64,000 bases of DNA from contig NW_024704765.1 of NCBI RefSeq assembly GCF_018977255.1, forward strand, positions 3,906,001 through 3,970,000. Direction: 5' to 3'. The position numbers and the translations under genes are program-made. The DNA is from Callorhinchus milii (lineage: Eukaryota). The notes under the pieces were generated by a model. It saw only the letters and a program-made list of their open reading frames with translations, ran no database searches and had not been told where the DNA came from. This document shows, piece by piece, positions 27,298-51,362 of the stretch. The number at the start of each line of letters is the position of its first letter. Position 1 is the stretch's first letter.

Positions 27298-30200
27298 CTA
27301 ACTACAACCCATTATCTTAGCGAACATGGTAGACAGAAAAGACAACCTATTTGGGTGCGGTCTTTGATTGCTGGCTTTCTCATTGAATCTAAACAGTAAA
27401 CAGGATAATTTGTTGTCCTAGCCTGAGTAAATGTCTTTGATGTCTGATGGCTTCAGATGTGAAACCTTACACCCCAATTTTTCTGTGACACTTTGCGCTG
27501 ATTTGTGTTGTGGAATTGTATTTACCAGAACTGTGTTTAAAAAAACCCTCAATCTTATTTCACTTGCGATCTGCCAGAGACAGATACTTACCTCTCTTCC
27601 AAATGGATTCGAATGCAGACCTGTAAGATGGGATAGGTGCTATCAACCCTCTGAGATGGTTAAAGGAAATTGGAAGCTCTATTTAAAAGCCGTTGTGTTG
27701 TTACTAATCCACATATTTAATCACTTTACATTTTTTGGCAATAAACAAGATTTTTGTCTGGGCAGTAAAATCTAGAATGAGATTAGAGGTTTATGTTTGT
27801 TTTGCAGCAAACTATTTAGAATTATTTTCTCCAGTTATATTGCACATCAAAGTTGACATTTTTCTAAAGTTGACGGCAGTCAGATCTCTGGGAATGTGCA
27901 ATGTAACACGGTATCATCTGCTTCTTCAAGCTTTAATCATGGGTACCAAGTTACTGGCATAGAAACTTAGAAATCTACAGCACAGAAGGAGGCCATTAGG
28001 CTCATCAAGTCCACTCCAGCTCACAGAGCAAGGAGATCACTTCAATCTCACTACCCTACCTTGTTCCCATCTTGACAGCCGCAATGGACTCCACCTCCAC
28101 CACCCTCCCGGGCAGGGCCTTCCACATGCCTATACTCTCTGGGTGAAAAAGTTCCTTCTATCTTCTCCTTATGCTGTTCTTGTGGTTGTCTTGGAACCAT
28201 GCCCCCTAGTCACAGACTCCCCTATCAAATATTTCCTCTCTATTTACCCTGACAAACCCCCTCATAATTGCAGGTCCCCGCTCAACCTTCACTACTCAGT
28301 GAAAACAGAGACAGATACCTTTCCAGCCTTTCCAATCTCTCCTCGTAATTGTAGCTCTTCATTCCCCCGGAATCATTCCCGTAAACCTTCTCTAAGGCCT
28401 TAACATCTTTACTGAAATGAGGCGATCAGAACTAGATGCAGTATTCCAGCCTAACCAATGAATTGTAAAAGCTGAGCATTATTGATTTACTTATATATAA
28501 AACCCTTGTTGTGGGATGAACCAGATCGACATGGTGCGACACTGGCATGGATACATGTGCCTGCTGAGTGCACCTGGTGGACTTGAAGCAGTTCCACGAA
28601 TGGTTAGCGCTGTTGTTCATTTCATTACAACAGAGAAAACTCCCAAAGCCTTGCATCGCTTGTGGAAGTATAACGCTCACGGCAAATTATCAGTTATCGA
28701 GCAGATCATCAAGGAGTTTATAATCATTAAACCCCAGGTGCAAGCCAATGGTCAATGTTCCTTTCATTTCTCAGTCTGATTCTTCGCTAAAGATGACAAG
28801 CGAGAGATGTGAGAGTGAAACAGTGATTTGAGATTGTGGTTCAGCACTCTGGTCTGTCAGTGCAACAGCTTCTCATTGTCATGGAAATGTCCAAGCCGCT
28901 TCGGGAACCAGATTAGAAAACATGTCATTTGCGTGGATAATTCATTCTGTTATGATGTCGACCTCTTCACAGAAACACTGTGCTTCTTCATGTATTTTAA
29001 TTTGGTAAAATTACATGAAATTGCCCCGTCTCCATGATTACAGCAATTACCGGCCAGAGAATAAACCTGGCTGAGATTGGCTCTCAACCCAGGCTGTAAG
29101 TGGCAGTGCATTTACAAACACAGCTTTTTATTATTAACCATTCATCAGATGTAATTGAACGGCTATCGACGGTCACAACATATTCCCCCCTTTTGAAACT
29201 ATTTAAGAGATTTTTGGTGCGGGCAGCTAAATAAACAGAGTGGTCAATATCAGCAATTGCCAGGGTGGGGAATCAATGGCTCACCTTGCAGCTGGCGCAG
29301 TGTTGCCCTCAGTTGGTGCTGAGATCACTTCAACAGATTCGACACTGGAATAAGTTTGAAAGTCATGTTGTTCATTTAAAGACGTCGTGTACCACAGCAC
29401 ACTGAAACTGGAGTAAAATGAGGAAATCGATTAGCACTCTGGGATAAATAAATACAAATACAATTTGATTTTGATGGGTAATCATCCCTCCACAAAAAAA
29501 AATTAGTCATTCAATGTTTGTGGGACACTGCTGTGCACAGCTGGTTGCCATTTTTCACCCACAAAATACACAGTCAATCCACTTTGCAGTATATTCTGTG
29601 AAGAGCTTTGAGACATCTCAATGACGTGATCAGCGTTATGTCAAATGCAAGGTTTATTATTATAATGATCAGGGGAAGAGTTGGACAGAAACACCCTCAC
29701 TTCTCTCCAATGTAGATTTCTATGAAATTGAAAACAAACATACTGTTTGCTTGCTATCTCGGTGGCATCTGCATTTTAAGGTATATTCAAATCAGATTAG
29801 CTAGATCTTAAAATCACAACACATTTTTCATCCTCCACCATAGCACCTGCAAGTCTGATACTGTCTGTCTTAGGCTCCCTGTCACCACAGGCAACATGGA
29901 TAAGCAGAAGTAAAGATGTGGCAGTAATTAACAAAAAAAAAACACTGAAAAAGAACATAAAAACATTCAGAAACTGCTAGAAAGGCATGTAAAAAACAAG
30001 ATTTTATTTTGAATCTGCAGCAAAATGCAACAATTTGAGATGTCAATATAATGTGGCCAAATCTTGACAATAGCCAAACATGGAAATGAAAGGAGAAATA
30101 AATTAGAATTCAATGTAATTTCTACAAAGTCTGCAGTTTTCATATCAATTAATTATTACTTGCAAAAGATTTCCCTTTACAGCATGATCTAAAAGCATCT

Positions 30201-30563
30201 CGTTTCACAAATAAACCTAAAAAGTTCTGAGACGGGCAGTGCTGGTATGACAGATTACAGTTGTACATACAATCCTAACAGTATAAAATATTATTATATT
30301 ACTTTTTTATCTCCAAGTAATAGTGACTACAGTTTAGTTGAAGTTTCAAGATTAGAAATGACACTATCTGACAGGTTCAGCTCAAATTACCTTAGTGAAT
30401 AGATATTGGGGTGTTGTGCTCTCTCCGTAGCAAATGTGCTCATGACCTGCACTACTATACTACTCTTTCCATGTATTTTGCAAATGTGTATGTGTACAGT
30501 TCCTGCAATGACATTTTATATGTATAATGTAGTGTTACAGTCAAAATTGAACGTTTTCGCTTC

Positions 30564-39878
<9,315 letters not shown>

Positions 39879-42841
39879 CTGAGAGGGAGAAACCACAATC
39901 CTCCCACAGACTCGGGATGTGGTCCTGCAGACACCTCACTGGGACTCTCTCCTCTCGTCCCACACACTGGAAATTGGGAATGTGATGGGGAGGGAGTGTG
40001 GGAATCCCCAGTGCTGGACCACCGCCTCCCAACACAGCATCAGGACCAAACCTCCCAACCCGACTGTGTGGATGACAGAGCGCCGGAGAGGAAGGGGTTA
40101 AGGGGAGGGGGGGGCAGAGAGATGGTGGGATGGGGAGTGCGGAGGGAGGGGGTCCCTAATACAGGAGGAGGAGAGGGAATGGAATAGGAATGGGAAAATA
40201 TGACGTGGGAAAGGATAGGAAGAGATGCAAATCTTGCTCTCTGCAGCCTCTCAGCCAGGACCCTGTCAACAGGAAATCCACCATCTTATTCCACTTTGTA
40301 TATTAATAATAATTATTACAATAATTAATAATTATTATTACTATGTTGTTTCTGATTTCTGCCTCAGTCTCCCCTAAGCTATATGTAAACCACTTCAGGT
40401 CCCAGGCAGGGAATTCAAAACTTATTGCTTTTTATTCGTATTTAATATTCAATTTTATTTATCCGCACGCCTCTGTTTACCTTAGCAGTTGTTAGTCGAT
40501 TGGCGGATCGCTTTCCTGGGGCAATAATTCCTTTTTTAAAAATGTGGGTCGCTCAATCCACGACCGTTTGTCGGACACTGCTGTGCGCAATTGGTTGCCG
40601 CGTTTCGCCCACAAAACACACAGTCAATCCACTTTAAATACATAATGTGAAGCACTTTAAGACATCTTAACAATGTGATAAAGCGCTATATTAAATGCAA
40701 GGATTATTATTCTACTCTATTTCTCAGATTCTCTCCTCTGACCTTAGGAATGAACTCAACAGCACAAGTCCAAGTGGTTTTGTCTGAAATGTTTAACATT
40801 TTTTTCTCCCATTTGAGGATGCATGACTGACCTCTGACCATACTCTTAAAATAGCAATCCTCCTTTTGTTTTCTCTGTTCTCCTTTTCTTGCGTGGGGAT
40901 TTTCTATAAAAATAATAATCCTTACATTTGATCCAGCACCTTTCAAGTTTGGAGGACATCTGAAAGCGTTTCACAGGATGTACCGTAAAGTGTAGCAACT
41001 GTGTATTTTTGTAGATGATCACGGCAGCTAATTTGTGCACAGCAATGCCACACAAACAGCAATGCCACACAAACAGCCTTAAAGTGAGTGACCAATTTTA
41101 TTTGGGATTGTTAGCACAATCATGAGTCCAGAGTTAATCAGAGCTAAGTAACAAATGAAGTAGTGTCTCACGAGTTGGAGACCTTTTATTTAACAAACCA
41201 CATGTGTGGTGTGAATGTCGACAATGATTACTCTGTCGCCGTTCTAACCTTTTAAGCAGATGTGAGGTAAGCCACTGCTTCAATCATGCGGCATCTTCAA
41301 AGGCAGGAAAACATACATATAAATCATGGCGATTCATTGTAATGCAACTTGTACTTCAATGTATCAGGTGCAATAAGGTAGCATTCAGAAATAAGGGGCA
41401 ATTTTGTATTCATGCTGTAATGGTTTGGAAAGCCTCAGGATAATAGGCCTGTTGGCACTCTCGCTCCGGGATTCTGTTGTCAGTCACCCAGCAGAGGATT
41501 TAAAGATGTGTTATCAAAGGAGAGAGTTCTACACTGATTTGTTTAAGTGATGGTGTAGACGAGTGTGCACTGTTTTGCTAAACTGCGTTTTAGGTGAATG
41601 AATAGAGGTGGAGTCTATCCGTGTTTGCTATGTCCTAATCTACAGGAACATTGGAGCCATTTGTTTGTCTTTGATGAGTAAACCTCAAGATCTCTGTACA
41701 GATTCACCTGAGGTCTTTTTGACTTCAGAGTGATAATGACCCTGTTCTGCCAAAATGCTGTTGTGAGATGAATTTGCAACAGATATTCCCAAATGCATTC
41801 TGGTCAGTGATCAGGACAGAGGAGCCCTACTTCTAACACTACAGAGTCACTACTTGCAGTGCTATGTTGTTTTGTATTGGGAATGAACAAGATGCTAACT
41901 TATGAGCTGTACATGTGAATATAATAATCCTTGCATTTGATATAGCGCCTTATCACGTCATTGGGGCATCTCAAACGCTATTCTGTTGGGCAAAACGAAT
42001 GATTATTGATCAAGATTTGCCCAATTCATTAATTGATCTGCAACCCCAGCCACAAAGGGAATAAAAACTTGCTCGGCCAGAGACACCTGACTTGCTGGTC
42101 GTGAAGACAGCCATCAGGTCTGCAATTGTCCTTTGATAATTTCCGGCTTAAAGAATTTGGGGGGGAGGGGGGGGAACAACCCTTAATAATAATCCTTCCA
42201 TTTGATATAGCACCTTATCACATCTTTGCAACGTCTCAACCCTTGAGGAACATGTTTCAGTCTAATTCGGTTTGTGGAGTTGAGTGGGGCCTAAACTCGA
42301 TCACTAATAAAAAAAAATTAAGGAAATTCAGATGGACTTGTCTCTCTTGCTTGTTGAGTGATCTCCTCCACTCATTGAATTGCTTCTGTTTTGGGCTAAG
42401 AAACTCCCCCTGCACTGTGGTCTTTGCTGGCAGTTCCTATTCAAGGCTGAATATTCATCCTGTTCTGTCATTGCACTGTTCTGATCAGCTTGTTCTCTAA
42501 TAATACAACACTCTATTACAAGCCCTTTTGATGTTGGAGCTGGAGAGGCCAGGAGCTCGGAGAGCCAGCTGAGCCCCACTAATAACCCAAACAAACAATT
42601 TACTGAGACAGACGTAGAGCATCACTCTATGCTAAATATTATCTTTGTATTACATTTTACAATCAGCTCTTGTACACTGCTCTGGGGACCATGAGCTGAC
42701 CAGTCTTTAGCACTTCTCTAACACAGATCTGTCTAGCTGAAATCTTAGCTCTGTCTAACCACTGTCATTCCTTTGGTCTGTGAGCTACGAGTCTTACATT
42801 TGGTGTTAAATAGAAAGATTGAGTGCAAATGTTCCCATTAC

Positions 42842-43088
42842 CTTAATGGGGGAAGACTGTGTTCAGAGGCCTGGCGGTGTTTGCAGAGAGATGCTCCCCT
42901 GCTGGAATGGGTTACTAGTAAGCCAGGAATTCCTGATGCTGTGATTGGGAATGTGGGTATTCCTGAGAGCTGAGATCCAATGTGTGAAGGGCTTGCTTCA
43001 TCCACAACGCTCACGATCATGTACGAAACTGATTCCCACGGCAAGGCTATTACCTCTGCTTCAGGCACATGAATAGTAAAAACTGTTG
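42842..43088 (-). CDS. Candidate additional upstream coding exon of the guanylyl cyclase gene (VFTIHVPEAEVIALPWESVSYMIVSVVDEASPSHIGSQLSGIPTFPITASGIPGLLV...)
   Basis: Open, protein-like frame bounded by acceptors ttttag (exon from 43088) or caacag (from 43082) and donor TTA AG|GTAATG at 42842. This phase-2 donor joins in frame to the acceptor tctccctctcag|T GTG TTG CTG ATG at 39878. In-frame ATG at 43020. Confidence 0.5.
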
Positions 43089-46000
43089 CTAAAATGACCT
43101 CTTTAGAGCATGGTTTAACTTGGATTTTTTATTACTATTAGCGTTCTTTAATACTATTAGTGAGTGTATAACCCTTGAGAAATGGTTCTCCTGTTTTTTT
43201 TCCACCCAGTATAATTACTGATAGAGCAAATGCTGTGATACAGGAGGAAATCATTGCTATTTAATGACCACAGTTGTAGACATTGTCAGTGAGGAGTTAA
43301 GAACTTTGAGCAAAAGGGCTGCAGGTTGAGTTGATCATCAGGGGATTGCTGTACTCTGCTGGTTTCAACAAGAGCCAGGGCAAAACATACTCATTCAGTT
43401 TCCTCTCTTCCCAAGGATGCCAGGTGGGAGGGATAAAAAAGCGAGGCAGTGGAAACATCTTTGTAGTTCCTCATTTAATCCAGTGCAGCAGGCAGAAATA
43501 CCAGCGCCATGCTGGCTACTTCATCATAGCAGAGTTTCAATCCCACTTACACTGCATTACAACCAACAAACAGCGAAAGGAAAACACCAGAATTATGTTG
43601 ATAGTTACCTCCAATAACTTGAATCATTCAAACAGATCTTTGTAAGCATAAAAAATTATTAAACAGTAACAAAAAATAAAATGCAATAGGTCGATCACAT
43701 CAGCAGTTTTGGAACTGCTCCATTTGGCAGTAGCGTTGGTAACTGGATGTGAGGCGCCTTCAGTCTGATATTGTATTCTGCAAACACCCAGCCCTTCACC
43801 CTCAGAGGCACAACATTTTTATGGTCTCAGAGTAAAGACCAATAATTTAAAATTTAAGATTAAGAATTTGGAAAATTCCTCTAGGAACAGAACCTTGTGA
43901 ACATTGTAGTCATTCCTTAAGCGAGACGTTCCAGAAATTTGTGAGAAACTAGACGGTAGCATTAAGCATTCAATGCAAACTGACCAGCAGATCAAATGGG
44001 AATTAAACAGAAGGAAAGCAGTACTCAGGAGGGATTTGTCGTGCTGTCCTCTTCTATGTATAATGATTTAAAGTTCTCTCTCATCTCCACTTCTTTTCTG
44101 CTACAAAGGAAAAACAAGGGAGGACTGATAACAGACGCAGGTGCAGTAGTCTCGTCTCCTTGCCTCAGAGCTGCCATTAGATTGCAGGGAGTGAAAAGGT
44201 TTAAAGTGTTAATGTTTTGTTGAGTGAAATATTCGAAAGTGGGGGTAAAAAAGTGAGGTTTTTCTATCATTCTCAGCCACGCCAGTCAGAACCAAGAGTT
44301 TATTGCACAAGTGGTTACCATTAGCTTCTCCAGAAACTGCAGCATCAAACCTATCATTACTCCCAGCCACAACTTGCCATGTAGAACGAATGTTATCCTG
44401 CCCAGCGGTTCACAGGGTGGTACGGGGCTGTGCTCTGAGGCACATTCTGTGCAGAATGTGGTGGGTGAAGCAACGAGCACATTCCTGACAGAAAAAAACT
44501 CCAGCCTCTTTTACGAAATACACAGCATTTGTCCGGAAACTGACAACAGTGGATTAACACAATTCAGAGCGATTACAAGAGTTTTTTTTTTGCAAAACAA
44601 TTTAAATATATTCACATCCACTTTAAAATTTACAACTCGTGATTCTTTTCAACATAAATTAAAGTCTTCATTTATCCTTAAAAGAATATTAGTTGGCATC
44701 AGCTAAATTCTAAAATAATGGACAACCATTTCAGGGGTGGGGGGGAAAAAAAAACACTTACAGGTGCCCTTGTGTCCATCAAGACGGGTGCGGCAGGTGG
44801 CGATACAAAGGGACAACAATCATTTGATCAAACGTTTATGATATCCTGTACAGTTGACAAAAGAAAAAAACAGGAACAATTGGATATCAGAAATTCTGCA
44901 CTATAGTCAGCCTTAGCAAAATGAAACTAATTGCCCCTCAACGAGCAAAGAAAGCCTCCAGACCAAACAGAGTAATTTCATGTTGATGCCCAACTGTAAT
45001 AGGCGTCAGTGCAGACAAACTGGCGCGTTCTTAAGGAGAATTTTATTAATTTGTGTTTTCAGTTTTCCTATTTTCAAATTGCTCTCTCGCGGACATTCCA
45101 TAGCCAAGAATGTTCACAGACAACCTGCAAATATTTCCGCTTTAGATGTTAACATATCTCCTTCACGGGGACAGAAATAAATGATAATGATAATAAAATG
45201 AAAGATATTGGAGTACAGGAACATCCCAAATACAAAACAATCTGTGCTGAATAAATAGGACAGCAACATGAAAAGCTTTAAATATGTTTGGTCTAGAGAT
45301 GGTGACTGTATTTCACAGAGGAAAGTGCTGACACTGTCCTGAACCATGTGGTTTCTCACAGCTTATTATAAGGAAAAACATATCTCGAAATGATACCTCT
45401 AATATGTGTGCTGCATCCTTCCATGAGTAATTTCAAAGAAAACAATTTTATTATGTAAAATGTCCCTTAATTTAGTTATGCATTATTAAAAATTATAGTA
45501 ATCATTGCATTTGATATAGCACCTTATCACATCTTCAAGACGTCTCAAAGTGCTTCACAGAATATAGCGTAAAGTGGAGTGACTGTATTTTGTGGGTGAA
45601 AACATTAAAAAAANCATTTTTTGCAGGGATTATTACCCTCCAAAATCAATCCACTAATCAACTAACAACCAGGTTCCTACTTACTGCTAGGTAAACAGAG
45701 GCGTGTGTGTGGAGTAAGGAAACTTGCCGAAGGTTTCATCCTGCCCGGCCGAGAATTGAACCCAGATCCCCTTGCTTAACATTGAATCAGGTATTTCTAA
45801 ATGTCAAGCTAGACATTTGATTTAAATGAACTGTGTCGAAGGACAACCATGGAGCCTTTGTGAAATACAACACAATTTGACACACAAGCATGAATTCAAA
45901 TCAACAAACCAAGCCGCTGCAAGAAATATTTACAAATTTCACAGTGAATAGAGAGAATATTGTCACCTTTATTTTGAAAGCCCCATCAACCAAGACAACA

Positions 46001-47020
46001 CACAAAGGGATGAAAGGTGCTGATGAACTAGCCAGGCACAGGGAAACTGAGAATCCTGAGTCAGTGTGTGGATTATTGTTCAGACCTCAGTTAATGTTGA
46101 TCGGTCAATTATAAAGTGACTGTAACGGCCTAGAGATTGCACACTTCTCTGGATGCTTTGACATAGACATTCCTTCATTCCCATCTCTCTTGTATTTTAA
46201 TGCTTCCCCAACAGCTCTAGATGAGCTCCTGTTTGACCCAGGAATCACCTTCGGTTCAGAGAGTACTGGTCAGTACAGTATTCCTCCACGGGAAGCAATC
46301 ATCCAAAAGCCAAATCTTCAACTGTTACAGGGCCCAATGCTGGTTAGAGCAGAGCTGGCCTTTCTCCATTACACACACTATACTGTGCAAACCCTACAAG
46401 TAATTATTTATCCATTTCTATTTCAACTGGTTTCCTATTTCAGATGCGCTCAGCTAAATGACTAACAGGGCACGGACCAGCGATTGAGCAGTCACACCTA
46501 CACTTCACTGCCAAGAGCTTGGCGTGTGCCAGCCACTTTTCCAATACTAAGTTCAAATCATTTAGAACTAATCATTTCCTTCTGTGCCCAATTACATTGA
46601 AGAGTACAACCTGCAATCCTCAGCCTGTTTAAGCCACTTCCCCACAATCCCCTCCCATGCATGTTTGTCCAAAGGTGTGATTGAGCAACGCCGTATTGTA
46701 ATTAATGTTTGCTTGTGAGCTGAATATCTCAGTGGCACTGTCTCTGTGCTGTGCACACTCACCGACACAAACAGCAACTCGGATTTCACTTAATATAATC
46801 ATTGAACTGCAGTGCAAACAGAAATCAAGTTATGGCAATGAAAAGTTGATTTGTTCACTCTAAAATATAGGACTTTGTGCCAAACCGGTGAAAGGATTAA
46901 GAGTCTGTTCCGAAAAGAGAAAACATCCCAGAGAGCCCTGCACATTCAGAGTGAAACATCTCAAAGAGAAATAGATTGTAAGAGTCAGAATCAGGCCACA
47001 CCCAGGACAGACTCACAGCT

Positions 47021-50000
47021 TTATACCTTACTCCTGAATATGGGTTTGGCCCCAGGACCGCAGTATTCATTGTAGATAAGTTTAAAGAGGAAGAGATGGA
47101 ATAACGTGATGAGCGACGCCACACTGAACCAGAAGAGGAAGGGAAGCCCTGGGTACTGCTCAGCCATGTGCTCCTCGTGCGCTAGGATAGCTTTCAGGTG
47201 CAGTGTGTGTCTCAGATCCTGCAGGTGAGTGAGGTCAGTTGAGATGTACAGTAAGGGTGTGATGGGCCGGGTAACCATCACAGGAAACACGTGTCCTTTC
47301 ACCTCTGAAGTCAGCTCGACGGGGTCATTCATGCAGCCTGCCTCACAGCCGTAGAGCTTAACGGGGTCGTCCTGTGGCTTCACAGAGACGTGGAGGAAGG
47401 GCTTCTCCTCCTCATCGAGCAGCACGGCCAGGCTGATGAGATCCTTGTTGTAATGGATGCCTCGGAGGGAGTAGCTGTTGTGCAGGACAGAGGGATCGGC
47501 CTGGAATTGGAGATGGTTTTCGGTGAACTGAAGGCCCCCGAAGCTCATGACCATCCCCTGGACCATGCCATGGGCCCCAGCGGTCACCAAACTCTTACAG
47601 CCTCGCTTCTGCAGTGTGAGCCGCCACAGGTTAGAGAGCAGCAGCAGGTGGGGCACATCGGCAATGTGGTCGGGCCACAGGTTCTCGGCGTGCATGGTGG
47701 CGTGGCCGCTGAAACAGTGATCGGCATAGTTCAGGTTCGATTCCAGCTTCTCCCGTTCCTCAGCCCCGACCCGCATATCCAGGAGAGGAGCTGGAGAGGT
47801 GGCCAGGACGTAGAAAAGTGTCCTGTTCACCGTCACACTGGAGGGCGTGTGGGAATCTGTGATCTTTCTCATCTCCACTCCTGAAACACAAAGAGGCAGC
47901 TTTCAACAAGTGCAACCCAACCACAACACACCAAGCAACAATCTGTCTCCAAATAAGCACACAGTCACTACGCTTTACAGTCAATCCTGCAAAGCACTTT
48001 GAGACATGCTCTTGATGTGAATGGCTCTGTATCAAATGCTAGGATTATTATGTTATCAACAGAAAGTTTTCCCCAGTTTGCTCTTCAGTACTCGACTCAA
48101 CAAATATAAAATAAATAATCTACGACTGTTTGTGGGACACTGCTGTGTGCAATTGGCTGCCGCATTTTGCCCACAAAATACAGTCAATTCACTTTACAAT
48201 TGCACACAGCAGTGTAAACAGGAGCTTTGTTGTCTCGCTCCCTCCCCACAAAATGTACAGTCAATTCATTTGACAGTATATTCTGTGAAGCGCTTTGAGA
48301 CGTCTCGATGACATGATAAGGTGCTATATCAAATGCAAGGATTATTATTATTAGGTGAGAGAGCCTTTTTATAAAGAGGCATTGAAACCCATGTTACCAG
48401 CACCCTGGCTGAGATCTGTGTCTCCACACATACCAGCAATCAAACTGTCTCTCAGGGCTGTACTTCTCTCCCTGTGGAAATAGCTGAGCCATAAAGGAGC
48501 TGTTTAACAGTGGGGTCACAGCCAATGGTGACTACTTACTTCTAATAGCAGTGACACAGGCAGCAAGCCTAAAAATGGCTGAGATCACATAACTCAGCAC
48601 ACGAGGTCACACAAACCTGGAACTATGTGATCAGTGTAAACAGCAGCTTTGTTGTCTCTCGCTCCCTCCCAAATAAACTATTTACATACACGTGATGGAC
48701 GCTTAATTGCATCAGTCAAACAACTCCAGGAAATTGCAGGCAGGCCCTGTGCAGCAGCTATATTTGTGTTGCCCTTCTGTAATTTACCTTGCAATTCTCT
48801 CCACAGTAAGCCAAGACACTACACACTTCACACTACAGTAATAATCCTTGCATTTGATTAGCGCTTTATCAGGTCTTTGAAACATCTCAAAGCGCTTCAC
48901 AGAATATACTGTAAAGTGAATTGACTGTATATTTTGTGGGCGAAATGTGGCTGCCAATTGCGCACAGCAGCGTCCCACAAACGGTCATGGATTGAAGTGA
49001 CCTATTTATTTATTTATTGAAGGCTTTATTAACTCCAGAAAAGCGATCTGCCAATCGACTAACTGCTAGGTAAACAGAGGTGTGTGGAGTAAGGAAACTT
49101 GCCCAACATTTCACCCTGCTGGGAATCAAACCCAGGTCTCTCATTTGCGAGTCAAGTGCTCTAACCACTGAGCTACAGGACACAAGGTGGGAAGCACCCC
49201 TTAGTTTACTGCCTGCATTGAATGAGGGCTCAACCCCTGACCACACCAGCCCTGTGCTGGGGCAAGTTATCACAGACATGTTTTTTTTCTCTAATAAGGT
49301 GATAGCGACTCACAAGCAGCTGTTGAATTCTGCACGACTCGCTTATTACCTGAAATAATTAAGTCTCCCCACGCCTGCTGATGCTCCTGGTAAAGCTCCT
49401 CTGCTCCCATTCGTAGAACCTCTCCCATTTCCGTCTTTGCCGCTTCCCTGAGTTTACTGAATGTATCTTCCAATTTTGTTCCATCAATCGGTTCGGACGT
49501 ATACACAACGGATAATGCGTGTTCAGTAAATTCAGATTTCATCGTCACCTGTAGTTTACTTGCGATTTTCTTTGTGGCAACCACCACCAGAATAATGTTT
49601 TTTTTCTCAGTCAGCACTCTCCCCGAAACAAGGAGAAACTCCTGATCACCGTGCTTCTCCAGACTCGAGGAGAATTTGCTTCCTGCAGCTGGCACTATGT
49701 CTGTAAGTTCAAAGATTGTCCCTCGGTCACTGGGATTGGAGACGTGAATCCTCTGGAGTATGACGTGTGGGCGACTTCGATGGACAATGATGTCCTCACG
49801 AAGGGTCACACAGTCTCGTGAGGAGTGAGATGCTCCAGTCTGGACACACTGCACCGACTGCACCAAACCCTCCTGGAAGTGGACCAGCAAAGCCCTCGAG
49901 GCGGAACGAAGATTGAGAGGCTTCAGAGCTTGGAGTGGCACATAGTCCGTGAGGTAGACTTTGCTGGAGCCTGTGGGAGAGATCGATGCCACCCACAGCT

Positions 50001-50319
50001 GATTGGAGATGGCGTCCACCAGCAAGTGGCCATTGCCAACCACAGCTGGGCCGGACACCTGCTCCTGGGCTCCCCCATCAGTCCACCCAATCAGACCGTT
50101 CCCGTGGTCGACAATTGGCCTCCATCTTTGGGTCTCTGCCTGAAGGCAATTCCCAGTCACTGTCCTGGATTCCCCAGAGGCAGAGAACAGCCTGAAGCCA
50201 CCTTCAGAAGTCAGATACCAGTAAAATATCATTAGGAAGGCCAGGCCTGCCAGGACCCTCCGGGCCCAGTTACTTGACAGGAGCATCGGCAGTCCCTTCA
50301 AACGCTGCTGAAGCCACAT
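47021..50319 (-). CDS. KIAA2013: KIAA2013 homolog; coding exons 50319-49350 and 47880-47021 (a short third exon after RSK is possible)
   Basis: N-terminus [19 protein letters not shown]; C-terminal [13 protein letters not shown]...[42 protein letters not shown]. Phase-1 junction TCA G|GT ... cag|GA GTG. Head-to-head with PLOD1 as in human. Confidence 0.95.
48840..49181 (-). mobile_element. tRNA-derived SINE in the KIAA2013 intron
   Basis: Reverse complement of the same SINE family (ctaaccactgagctacagga head; ataatccttgcatttga tail). Confidence 0.85.
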
Positions 50320-50971
50320 CTTGTGCTTGTACACCAGCCTCAGCTTTCTCTCTGAACGTGTAACCGGGGATTTCTCCTGCTCACCCCCTCACACACCGAT
50401 ATGGTTTCCGACTTTTTTCCTGGTCTCAGAGCACAGTCCAAGCATCGGAATGAAACACCTCCAGAATTCAGGGCTTTAGATTTAGACGGTTTGCGTTATC
50501 AGTAACACCTTACACCACTACGGTCTGTTCATTTCATCGTCAAAGCTCCAAACACGGTTCAAGCCCAACTACCAAACCCTGGGCCAGGGCGGTGTACGAT
50601 TCAAGAGTAAATTTTGTTTACAATCTCTCTTCTCTTTCGGTAATTTTTAATTCCTCTGTTGTGCTCTCACACTCTCCCTCCCTCCCTCCCTCAGGATTCG
50701 TTCTTCTGTCTCTGCTTCTCTCCCTTACTCTTTCCTTTTGATCTGGGTCTTCTTCTTCTGTTGGTCTCTCTCTCCCCTTTCTCTCTCTCTCTCCCCCCTT
50801 TTCTCTCTCCCCTTTCTCTCTCTCTCTCCCCCTTTCTCTCTCTCTCTCTCCCCCTTTCTCTCTATTGCTTTCACCTTCTCTGACTATCTGTAACTCTCTC
50901 TGTGATTCTCACCGTCTCAGCCTTTCTTTTTTATGTGTGTGTCGCATTCTCTGTCTCCCTCTCTTTCTCTC

Positions 50972-51362
50972 TCTATTGGACTATAGTTTCTCTCTCTCTA
51001 TTACACTATAGTTTCTCTCTCTCTATTACACTATAGTTTCTCTCTCTATTGCACTATAGTTTCTCTCTCTCTATTACACTATAGTTTCTCTCTGTCTATT
51101 ACACTATAGTTTCTCTCTCTCTATTACACTATAGTTTCTCTCTCTCTATTACACTATAGTTTCTCTCTCTCTATTACACTATAGTTTCTCTCTCTCTATT
51201 ACACTATAGTTTCTCTCTCTCTATTACACTATAGTTTCTCTCTCTCTATTACACTATAGTTTCTCTCTCTCTATTACACTATAGTTTCTCTCTCTCTATT
51301 ACACTATAGTTTCTCTCTCTCTATTACACTATATTTTCTCTCTCTCTATTACACTATATTTT
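50972..51362. repeat. Minisatellite, ~25-27 bp unit CTATTACACTATAGTTTCTCTCTCT, about 15 copies, within a wider CT-rich tract
   Basis: Tandem units read directly from the sequence. Confidence 0.95.

Noticed and set aside
8000-30000. Additional natriuretic peptide (ANP/BNP-like) gene in the long intergenic region
   Set aside because: No CFG...DRI...GC ring or signal-peptide exon found in the ORF track or by eye. A short or degenerate copy cannot be fully excluded without tBLASTn.
44025-44060. EEDSTTNPS* as the third KIAA2013 coding exon
   Set aside because: No good phase-0 acceptor with a pyrimidine tract; resemblance to the mammalian C-terminus is weak.
47390-50235. Plus-strand ORFs 47390-47884 and 49825-50235
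   Set aside because: Antisense shadows of KIAA2013 coding exons.
50972-51362. CRISPR-like periodic array
   Set aside because: No unique spacers; plain tandem repeat in a vertebrate genome.
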